DNA from: Phoronis australis
Taxonomy: Eukaryota > Animalia > Phoronida
Reading direction: 5' to 3'
Assembly: GCA_002633005.1 (NCBI GenBank)
Contig: NMRA01000130.1
Coordinates: forward strand, 413,243-477,242
DNA: 64,000 nt
Both the position numbers and the translations under genes were made by a program. The notes below the pieces were generated by a model. The model ran no database searches. It was given only the letters and a program-made list of their open reading frames with translations, and had not been told where the DNA came from. Below are positions 1-11,600 of the stretch, in pieces; the first letter of the stretch is position 1, and each line of letters opens with the position of its first letter.

Positions 1-1437
1 ATATTGTACATTCACCACTACTCAACTCATCAATTTTAAGGATACCTCATAATGTTGTTCACCTTACGCTCAAAAGAGTGTTTTATAATGGGGTAAAGTT
101 GTCTTGTATTGGAGAAGGTTAAGGTAACTTTATTACTGTTAATTGGGTCTCGTTAAATTCCCATATGGCGATGTTGGCTACTTAGTTAATTCCTCTCAGC
201 CATCAACTACGAAGTCTGTATATTCACTTTATTTGGCACATCCCGATTATCAGAATAATATATTCACTTTATGAAAAAGAAGTCGAAAATTGCCATACCA
301 TAATTGCCCGACAAACATCACGTTGTTGGTGACTTTTCACAATAAAGCAAAGCTTGCGATAGGTCAATCAGGTGAGCTATAGGGTCATATTGCCATGATT
401 TTGATTGAAGGCTTAACTGACCAATCAGAGAGCAACATTCATGATACACCTTTGTCTGTGTATTCAAGCCGCCATTTTACCCAACAAACAACACGTCGGT
501 GACTTTTCACAAGGGCGCGGAGCTTGCGATAGGTCAATATTGTCGATGAACACAGTATATTTGTGATCAATGTCAAATTGTAGCTTCATTATTTGCATCA
601 AATTTACTGCCTTTTCTTGTTGCCTTTAGAATTTGACAAATTCATGTGATACAAAATACAACTTGGAAGGTTTTGTTTAGCCTCTCATGAGATTCTGTTC
701 GTGTCACAGGTATTGAGAGAATAGAAAAAGCTAGGAAGATGCATGTGTCAATTGACATGATTACGTGAATTAGGTGGTTGTTGGTGTGAAAAAATATAGT
801 TGTGATAGGCAAGCGTTTGTTAGTGTCCACGCTTGAAATAACTATGTCATTAGATGAGACTAACATTTGGCAGCAATTAGTTGAATTTTTGTTTTTGTTA
901 AGGTTTTATATATAGGCCCCGAGGAAAATGTCCACATTCGGAGCATCAAATCTCAGAAATGTTTGATTGGATTCATACAACACTGTTGGAGACTAAAGTG
1001 TGTTTAATGCGCTGTTCTCTAAAGAGTGATTGGGAATTGTTTTTAAAACATTCCACTCATGCACGAGGGGCTATAAAAATAGAAATTGCATAAAGGAAAA
1101 CAAAATGAGAATGAATTCAGAAAACTGTAGCAGCATTTTTGAGATTTCGTCTTGAACACTTAGGTCTGCCGAAGTTTGGCCGTGTTATTGATAGCGTTGT
1201 TTTAAATGAATGTGGTACCTTTCTATTTTGCTAAATTTTGATAACTACATGGTCACGTGACCCAGTTAATGGCAGATTGGTACAGTCAAAAATCAAATTC
1301 TACTTAGGCATTTTCTGGCAGAAAATATAATACTTTTAATGAGTTAAACTCTATAGTTTGCAAGATATTTGACAAGGTACATAGACATGCTGATAAAGTC
1401 TTACGTAACCGTAACTGACGTCTGCTTTCTCTTTCAG

Positions 1438-3472
1438 ATATTGGTGATAAATGTATCGAGGTTGTAGGCTTGGAGAATGCTATGCACGCTGCCCAGATCA
1501 AAACAGGAATGCGCGCCTCTGGTCGACGATTGGCCCAATGCTCTTCAGTCGTTATACGCACCAGAAAGAGGTTCCCTATGCAAATAGACGGGGAACCATG
1601 GATGCAACCACCCTGTACAGTAAGTGGGAGGCATTTCGGGAACCAGTTCTATTTTTGTTTTTTTAAAATTTTTTTTCAAGGTACTCTATTGATTAAATGG
1701 TTAAATCACTTACAGAAAAGCATTGAGTCTGGTGAGTCATACTTTAATGTCACATTGGAAAGCAATGAAAAACCTATTCCATCGCATTCTATTAGTTATT
1801 CATGTTGATTTGACATTGGCAAGAAAAGTGATTTCCCGTGATCAGTCTCAGTGCGGGGCTGAAACTGCAACCCCTGCTGTCGCTGTTTTAACACTCCCTT
1901 GATAAATGGCAGAGTATTTTAAGCATAGTGACAGGACTGGTAACTTTACCGATCTTGATTTCAGTGAATGACATCACAAAAACAGGGTTTTTGTATATTT
2001 ATAACTCTGGTTAACAATAATTCCCAAATTTGTGTTTTCGCTGTAAAGTTGATAATGTTACTTTAAGGGGGACAGCTAACATTTTGGTGTTATCTCTAGC
2101 TAAGGAACAAATCCCCAGTTGTCTTACAGGCCTCCTCTCGCCTATTTTAACTTCCCATGCAACAATAAACAAGGTACACAATCTACCCCCGTAATCCATT
2201 TTCCGACTCTCGAGTCTACGTTCACGTTCAGAGAAAATATTGAGCGACTAGCTTTTAAACACTGTGTCAGTGTCAGTGAATGGAGGGAAATGCATTGTTG
2301 GACTGACGTCGTCCTTTCATTGTTCTCAAGGGATAGGGAACAGTAAGTCAAGCTTAAATATATCACTAAGGTAACCGAAATTTGTATTTTTGGCAAAGAC
2401 AGCCCCAAAAACCTCGACTTCTCCTATTAAGCACAAGTATGTCAGTCACCCTAGAGCTTCCATCTTGCCCACTCTTGTGCACTGTACACTCTATGGATGG
2501 CATGTTATTGGATACTGTGAAATTCGTCAATTTGGGACAAAAATAATTCCCAAATGAAAGGTCTTTTCATTTCTCAAAAGCTTCTTATCTATAGTGGTGG
2601 ATCTCTAGGGAGATCGGGGGGTGGGGGTGTCCAACCACCCTCAAAAGACTAAACACACTGTCAGGCCAACACACATATTGCCACCAGTGTTAATGAAGCC
2701 CATCGACAAGGCCGTAGATCTACGGCTGTTCTGATTGTCATGACTGCCTGCAGTTTCTCAAAACATTGTCTGATGGTAGCTATGGTAACGATTAAATGAA
2801 TGATAAAAGCACTTGTTTGGTGCTGGTTATCTTCATATTGGAAAAACACAAAATTTATTTTGTCCGTCACATTGTGTCCTGAGATTGTACTGTAATATGT
2901 GAATTGTTTGACGTGTATTGAAAGTGACTGTCACACAAACAACAAAGTGGTCTTCAGTGGCGGATCCAGGATTTTTAGTAAGGGGGGGCCAGGGCAGAGT
3001 ATTAGCCAGGATTTCGCCTATCAGACATTCGCATCCCTGAGCTGTCAAATGGAATCTGAATTTTTTTTAGGGGGCATAGCCCCCTCTCTTAATCCGCCAC
3101 TGGTCTTGGTATGTCTCTGGGACATGTAGCCATATATAACAAAATGAACCAGAAAGCAATAACACCACAGATCACATCATCAACGGACTTAAACCGATTG
3201 CTTCAGCAGCAAGAGTCAGGGCCATTGGCTTCTTTTATTCTACTTGGGAGATAGGCAGGCATTACTTTAGCACTGTATGCTACTTCAATACTTGAATGTA
3301 TCCAGTTCTGCTATTGGCAGTTGTTAGCAGATTATTTTGATCTGTTTAGTGAACATTTGCTAACGGAATCTTTCATTTTCAGATCTCTATTACACACAAG
3401 AACCAAGTTCCAATGTGTATGTGTCCACCTTCGAAGAAAAAGTCATCGCTGTTTGGCTTCCTGTCAAAGTGA
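1438..3472 (+). CDS. DGKB: Type I diacylglycerol kinase (DGK alpha/beta/gamma-like), last two coding exons; gene begins upstream of window
   Basis: Exons 1438-1619 (tttcag|...ACA|gtaagt) and 3383-3472 (ttttcag|...TGA). They translate to [61 protein letters not shown]|[29 protein letters not shown]. The PMQIDGEPW motif and the RRLAQC...ITHKNQ.PM tail match the accessory domain of type I DGKs. The paralog symbol is approximate because an invertebrate gene would be co-orthologous to DGKA/B/G. Confidence 0.93.
2955..3102. mobile_element. MITE family D (CAGTGGCGGAT TIR, 5-bp TSD; possibly hAT5-like)
   Basis: TSD GTCTT; cagtggcggat...atccgccactg. The superfamily assignment is inference from the CAG termini and the 5-bp TSD. 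Confidence 0.8.
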
Positions 3473-6400
3473 TCGAAACGTGCACTTTAAATTACTAGCT
3501 GTCACTCTAGTCCAGGGCTGAGTTCCGTAGATGCAAGAATCTCGCAAAAAAACGTAAGACCTTGAGAGATGTCGTCAGGCATTTCAACTGAAGCACGTGA
3601 TGGCGGTAGCTTTTCTCGCGAGTGTCTGTGGTCTAGGGAATGCAGCCCTGTTTTTATCTCAGTTGAATTGGGAGTGCAATATTTAACGGCTGACAGAACA
3701 ATTCCACGTCTTTTTTATCCCTGTGCTATTCTGCATGAGGGATGTTTGTAACAGAGTAAGGATGAGGGAATCTCTACCAAACCATTTTTAAAACTTGCCT
3801 GTTGTTGGCTAATTGCAAAAATTGTACATAAACAAAATTTTTAAATATTTTGTTTAAACTAATTTTTAAGTTTTAAAAAGTCTCGATTTAGCTAGCAAGC
3901 TCTAGAATTCTGCAGAATATTGGAAATTTTTCTGCATTTTATCTGACTTCTCATGACAACTCTGAACTTGTGTACGATATTTCATGAGTGCAAGTCTTAT
4001 GTGATCTTAAATTCATGTTGACGTAAACCTGTAATGAAATTTTAGATGCCAGTTATAAGCAATAGATCACTGGATACAAGAACAACTCTTGAACAGTATT
4101 TTTAATCAGGTCTATTTTGAAATAATTTTAGCTCATTGTCGATATACTGTCATTTGCTTTTAGGCTTGAATTAATTCTATGTTTTGTGATGCTAACCAAA
4201 ACGTACTGACTGTATCAAATTATATTTAATCTATTGCGTGAGTGAACAAAGTGGCCTGCTAGTTAGGTGTTTTTCTTCATTCTTTTAACGTTTGCTTAGA
4301 CAGACATTGTCCAATAATTTTGGTACGCATGGTTAACAAAAAAATGTAAAGGTCTCTGTGACAAATGTATGTTTTCTGCTGTTTTAGCAATAATGTGTCC
4401 TTACCATGTAACCAATGTTTGGCGTATCGATTTGTATTGTCACACTGCTGCAGTTTCGGATGTGAAAGCAGTGTGTGGGTTGGGAATTCTGAGTAATTTA
4501 TTGCTACTTTCTATTCAAACAAAGGCTAAGAACACAATGATGTCGTTGTGGAAGGACAAATATACCTGTGAAGAAAGTCCGTGATTTTAACACCAATTAT
4601 GAAGCATAGTGGCTTTACAGGAACATTCTTGAACAGAAAAACAATTTTACACCTGTCAGCAGTAGCATGGAATCGAACCCACTTCCTCCGTAGTAGCAGC
4701 ATAATACTGTACATGTCAAATAGCGGAGTATTTTAAACATATTTAAATGGCACAAATACCAGCCTCGATTTCAGCGAATGTCTGGCAGACAACGATGAGA
4801 ATTGACAATTTGTAATAAATCGCAACACAACAGATTGTGTTTTATATCAACTTCAAGAAGTCTATCCAATTTTATAATAAGCCCAAAATTATGTTTTTCT
4901 TCTGCAAAAACGATGTCCTTTTAAACATGCGTACCAAAATTTTGGGGCATGGTATTCTGGTGCTTCGAGGTATTCTTAACAAAGTGGCAGAAATTTTTAT
5001 ATTAGTTTTAAAATAAGGAAGTACAGATTTACAGTACACTTTGTATTTCGAGGCTTACATGTTTTATGTTTATGAATTTTTCTTGTGTATTTAATTGGAT
5101 TTTATGTAAAGCTGCGTTCATTTATGTGTGTGTATTCATGTCCGTCTCTTAGGAGGATAATTGTGTGGGAAGCTGGTCTCCAAATCACAATTGTCTGAAG
5201 ACAACATTATGTTTCTGCACGAGACTGTGGATTAATTGTTTAGGTGCCACAGTACATTTTGTGTTGACCACATGGTGGGTTAAGGTATATGAATAAAAGA
5301 AATATTAGCTATGGCTGTTATCAACGTTAAAAGGATATTAAACCCCGTTTTGGTGATTTCAATCAAGTCCTTGTTCTGCCATTTGCTAATGCATCACTGG
5401 CGCCCCCCATGAGCGATAAAAGCAGAAATCGAGTAAAAGTAAAAATTTTTACTCTGAGTCACAAATTGGACATTATTGTTCTTGGTGGGTGGTCTTTCCT
5501 ACAGTTGTGTAACTCGGCTGAAGCCTTAGGTCGCGCAGACCTTGTCAGGAGTTTACAAATTTCGCTCCAAACTTTTTAGAGTTGTCAAGGGTTACAAAGC
5601 ATTATTTTGTTTCAGAGAACTGCATGGAAAAGTCGTTTTCAATATCTGTTTATAGGCCAAATCCAGGTTTGATATCCTTTCAAATTACAGTGAAGTTCGT
5701 GTTAGTTGGATACATTGCTCAACTTGGTAAAGTTCTGCAGTATGGTTGTTTTAGGCCTTACACTAAAGTTGTATTTCATCTTACTTTAATACGATCTCTC
5801 CTTCTGATATGATTAGACTTGTAATAAGTTTTGTTGTATTGTCCAGTTGTTTTTAAGGAGCTTCATTTTTTTAGTACTTTTGCTGTTTAAATTGGAATTA
5901 CAGAATGTATGTACCTTTTGAAGAAATCGGATTTAGTCTTGGCTTGAAACTAATAAGCTTGAACATGTGCATTCTTTTAGTATGGAAGTGGTTTGTGGAG
6001 GATAATACTGTGTGTGTAGATATCTGCTGTGTGTGGAAGTTAATTTAGTCTAGTCAAAGTAGCATAGTAATGTAGTAGTCGCTTGCCTTTCGTCGAAATC
6101 TTCTAACTTCTTAAAGTTATACTAAGCGCTGTTTTGGTAATTTGACTATTGCATTGGGACTTTATGTTTCACTCAGTGTCTAATGTCAAATGTTTTAACT
6201 CGTGTCTTCACAAAAAATCGAGTTGTGACATGGTGTTTAACTCGAACACACTCGTTTTTCTACGGTTATACTCGGAATGGAGCTTATAGGTGTTGAACGA
6301 ACTGTTACTTTCGTATTAAGTTGGCCAATTTTGACCTTCCAGTGTAGCGCTCAGTATGACTTTAACTTGTTCAGACATGAACAGACTACCCAACTACATT

Positions 6401-7145
6401 CCTTAGGTTAAGATGTCGAAATGCGATTGTTTCAAAAAATTTTGTATTAACTAGTTTTCTAACTAGGGGTTCTAATGTGCGATTGATACAAGTATAGTTG
6501 AAAACAACAATTTGGCTTCTGAAGCTCAAATCGGAGGTCACGTGTTTCTGTACTTTGCAGTAGGCAATAGAGGTCCCTGTATATCGGAAGTTTTTCACAC
6601 CTCCCTATACGCGTTTGCGCTGGTTATGTACCAAATCTCTGGCGATGAATGTGTCTGGTCATAGATCCATAAATATTTGTGTAGTATATGCATTGGTTCT
6701 CTTCATTGTCTAAATGTGTTTTGATCACTTATTGTAGTGTGCCAACACAAGAGGGCGCTGAGCGAGCTAGAATTAGCAGGAGCCAGTGTTAGCTTCAACC
6801 ATTCTTACATTTAGTGAAACTTTACTACCAACTTTCAAAAATTTTGCTAATATATCTTAAAAATGTTTCTGTTTTATGGAAAGCTTAATCACAATGCATT
6901 TTAATCTAATCTTAGTTGGCAGTTTTCTAATCTAAAGCCTTATAATGCTGCTGGTGTGAAATTGTATGACTGGAGTGCTGGTTTTCTCAGATTTGATTTT
7001 GAATAAGCTGTATAAATGTGAAAGGCACTGGGAATATACTTGGTATGACTTTATGAAAATCTCATTTTGTTCTTTTTCGGTGATTGTTTACTTTTAACAT
7101 CTGTATTATTATTTTTTCTAAATAAAGTCTGCTTCTTTCATAATA
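3473..7145 (+). other. Probable long (~3.6 kb) DGK 3' UTR ending near AATAAA at 7121-7126
   Basis: T/GT-rich strand bias after the stop codon and an AATAAA at 7121. The end point is inferred only. Confidence 0.4.
5331..5680 (+). mobile_element. MITE family A (TTAA target, AAGGATAC...GTATCCTT termini; Kolobok-like)
   Basis: ttaa|aaggatattaaacc...ggtttgatatcctt. Its internal sequence (ggtgggtggtctttc; gggttacaaagcattatttt) is shared with the copies at 14821, 16011, 20216 and 44675. Confidence 0.8.
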
Positions 7146-8640
7146 TTTAAGCTGCGTAGTTTTCATAATACGGTACCTGCGAGGGTATTACTCATTAAAA
7201 ACAAGGAGATTTTGAGACATCCAGTTGAGAAATCACAGATGAAATTTGAATGTAATACGACAAATAAAACTTACTAAAGTTAGCGACGTTACGTCCGTCT
7301 CTCACGGACTTCAGCTTGGCTATTGATGTTATTGTTATTCTGGCTAATAGGTGGCGTTTTACTCATTGGCTTGTCATTGGGAGCTCCTGAAACAAGAGCG
7401 GGTTTATACCCACATGCCTATAACAATGTTTGTGGGTATGCCCATGGACTCGTGTTGCACATTCAGTGAAGTGGCGGCACTGTTGGCATGTGCGTTTCTA
7501 GACACGTTTTCACTAGTCCATCTAGAGACTGTGCAAGCAAGAGAAGATAGATTTGATGTGGAGTGAAATGTAAGAGATCTCTTGCTTAAGCAGTTTTTAC
7601 AGGAGGAGCAGTTCAGTTGTCATGGCAAACTTCCTCCACTTAAGTCGCATTAATACGACATTAGATCGCAACTGGATCAGCATACAGTCACTTATAAAGA
7701 CTGTGCATGGTTTCAAAAACAATAGCAAACGTCCAAACCTCCTGGAATGCTAGGGACTGACTGGTATATACGCTACTATGAGAACGTAATGGAGACGATT
7801 TCTTTCGCCTTGCCCCAGTTTGTGTTTAGACGTGTATTTGAAACTGGAGAAACTGATCGAGTGCAACTAGCTCAACCTCTCAAAGCGACATCAAAAAGGA
7901 TGCCGCGTGATCAGTGATCAGTGATCAGCCATTCTGTGTTAGTTGCTCCATGACCATTTTCTCCAGTGTGTAAATGCAGCTTTATACCCAAGCAAGTGGG
8001 CTTTAAGTCAAGAGAATATGGGTTTGGCTTATACCCATGTGGTAGGTCTGATACGCAAGATGAACCCAAAACTAGGGGTCGGAATACACCGGGGGTTGGC
8101 TTGTACACAAGAGTAACCCAAAGCTGGGGGGTTGTACCTTAGTGATTAGATACAGTAAACAACACTTGTACGTGACGGCTTAACAATATCCACATCAAGA
8201 CAGTGGGAAGCCATTTTGATACTGGATAAATTTCATGTGCACAGTAATTCCTTATGTGCCAACTAAGACTAGAATTGACTGTTTGCTGCCATGAAATCGA
8301 GCTGTGTTCTAGTTTAAGGTTATGTAGGACAAGAAAGAAATGTACAAATTTTGCTAACTTCGGAACAGCATATCCTCCATAACCGTAAGTTCAACAACTA
8401 TGAGTCGTACTTTATCGCCAAGCTGGGCCCATTAAGTCATTTTTAGCTTAAAAGTTTATTTTGAAAAATAGTGAGTATTGTTGATTTACACAAGTCACGA
8501 CATGATGTACTCAGAGCGCCATCGTATTGATACGGGCTATGGACTGGGGATGGTTATATCAAAAAAGTTAATTTTCATTTCTTCAGATACCCAGTGTACC
8601 ACAAATCAAATTACGACCTTCAGGAACAAAATAACGACCT

Positions 8641-11600
8641 TCAATGGGTCACCACTGTGCTTCCTGCCCACTGCTTAATTTCTGTGGGACATGACGGGTA
8701 TTTTTGGAGAGCTTCTGTAATTTCTGACGAGTCCACCAGGAGTGCCACTAGTCTGTATTCTTTCTGAATACGTGAACCACTATTGTCTAAGGGTCTGACC
8801 AGTTCCAGAGCCATTAAATGTTCAAATGCCTTCAAGATGACGGGTTTTTCAAACATCTGCCACGATGACTTCGTATCAGCAAACTTTTTGTATACTACAA
8901 AAGAGCAACAGAGATTTTTTAAACACTTTTCTAAATCTCCCAATCTACCAGAGCGAGAGGAAAAATTTATAAAAAATATGGTAAATAAGGCAAATAAAAC
9001 AAAGAATGGATTTGTATTTAATACTTGCCATGATTTGTCAGATTTCAAAATTTTCAAAGTGTCAAAGGGAAGTCGCAGCTTTTATGGTGCTCTTTGCATG
9101 CATTAATAGATGAACCTTACTTCAGACACATATTCGAGACACAATATTTGTCAGTGATATTGGTGAATTTCCAAATTTTACAATTTGTGAAAAAAGGAAA
9201 CACAACTTGATGCATCATAAACTAACTGTAAACCCAGCAAAACTCCCTGGCTCATATTTTGACAGAGAAAATGCCACAAAACGTCAGCATTTCAGGCAAG
9301 CAAGTTAAGTCACCATGTCACAGGGATTACGTCCTTAGATTGTTCTACGTGCCGTAAATGTGTCTACTTAACTGTCCACTCTTTACAGATAAGGTCAGTG
9401 GGTGCAGACATTGGTCAAATGAACCTAAGACAGTACTTGGCGGTGAAACAGTACACTACAAATGTACTAGTAGTGTACTTTTGAGTGTAGCGTTAACTGG
9501 TCTCTCTACACAGAAATGTATTAACAACAGCATAGATAACATCATGTTTTTCATGGCGAATTTCATGATCAAGGACACCCGTAGAGTACGATATTTTAGC
9601 ATTTTTTTCCTCGATCCATTTAATTAACAGTTTAACCAACACGTTATGCTGCAGTTTTAAAAAAATGACGAAATTGGCGAAGTTTCATGAAAGACTTGTT
9701 GAAACTCATGAAGCAACTTTTAAGACAATGCATTACCCGAGTGCATTATTTGCTAAAAAAGGGCGGGCATTCATTAACTTTTTGAAAACTACCGGAGGCG
9801 TTAATTGTCCAGCCATCAGTCATGTTTATCCATGCATAATGCACTTACCGCTGTAGACCATTTCAAAGTTGAAGGGTTCACCACTGTACAGCTCGTTCAG
9901 GTGCTTCATGGCAATGATGAGGCACAACTCCAGCACTGACACACCTGGACAGGTAAAATGTACAATAACACTTACCACTGATGATACCGCACAGAATATT
10001 GAAGACGCACATTGACCATTTTGTACACGTTCCGAACTTTAGTGGGAAAGGCTATTAGCCATGTACTGACGTGGGTGTGCATAAGTGATTGCGTAACAGT
10101 GATGATCTAACAGCAATAGGAACTGGCATGTAACCGCGGAAACCATTTTATTTATTGGGATGTTTTCAACTTATTTTGACGAAAAAAGAATAACGAACTT
10201 ACACTAACAATAATGGAGTTTTGACCATTAAAATTGACGCACATTTGCCAAAGTTGCCAACACTTCATTTCACAGCTACTGTGAGAAGAGAAATTAATCT
10301 GTGACCGGAATCACATAACAAGCCACGGAGCTGAGTGAAGAAATTGGTGATTGGCATATCCCTTAGAGAGGAGTTCAGACCCTGGGTGAAGTGCATAACC
10401 TGGGTCACTGTTTCTTGTCTTTTGTATAGGGAAATAACTTTTGATGCGGTTTAAAAGTCAGTTTTGCCGATGGACATGACAAAGGTATTCCTATGGTTTA
10501 GCACCAGGGACGCTAAATGGTAGTCTCAAAAACGCTCTGAGTAACCAAGGTTGGGCCAATAACTAAGCATGTCTGTTTAATGGGGAAAATTAGAAGAAGA
10601 ATGTTAAGCCGCACAAGTATAAAGTATTGAAAATTCTCCATTGTCCTGACTGCTTTAAGACATCTGAAGTACATCAATGTAGAACACTTAAGATGAAAGG
10701 CACAAACTTACCATGCAACATGGCGGCTTTAGGATCTGGCGCTATCACTTTTGGGCTTATAAAGTCGGCGGCTTCAAGGAATGGGTGGTTCACAGAAAGC
10801 TTAGAAACAGGAAGCACCTGAAAAAGATAAAGGACTATTGCAGCAATCAAACAGTTGCTATTCCACGATAGGAGTCAGTTGACAACATCAGGGAAATATT
10901 GAAGTATGTTCCAGACAAAAGACATACCTTTTGACACTTAAATATTATATTTCAGTTGCTTCAACATCTCTTCATTTGTTTGTAGGTTTATTGAAAGTAG
11001 AACAATATTAAAAATGTAAAATGATACGCGAACAAATGGAGAGCATGGCATTCACTAGGTGGTGCTAGTGAGACAATGTACATAAAAATGCACGACAGGT
11101 AGTCAAGTGGGACCCTTGTTCCACCAAACAGCCCCTGTGTTGGTGAACAGCTTTCTGTTCTTAATCTACTCTGACAACAAAAAGCACCCGTCCATCATTA
11201 GCGCTACCTAGTGAATATGGAGTTACCACAACACGGTCACTATGCAATCATAGCAACAAGGGCAATTTCTACACGTAGAAATGTACCATTGCAGAAATGC
11301 CATTTAAAAGTTGCAAAATATCTGTAATTTTGTAAAAATGCCTTAGAAGTGATATTACTTTTTGCCAAAATGCTGCAGAGTATTAACTTTTTCTTTACAA
11401 ATTATGGTTCAATTGCAAAACCATTTCAGATACTTTTACAATTAAACAAACTTTGTTTTATAAGCTCAATGGCTGCACACCATTATTTCAGAGCTCATTT
11501 AGACAAAATAGTCTTTGTTTTCAGATAGGCTCACAGTGTTGGCTGCCCATTACCAGTATTGACTGCAGACTTCGTATGCTTCGTGTCACCATGAACTGTT

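Noticed and set aside
8895-9057. Hydrophobic N-terminal extension of the 8641-9057 ORF suggesting a membrane protein
   Set aside because: It is intronic read-through; the real ORC4 last exon starts at the acceptor at 8896-8895.
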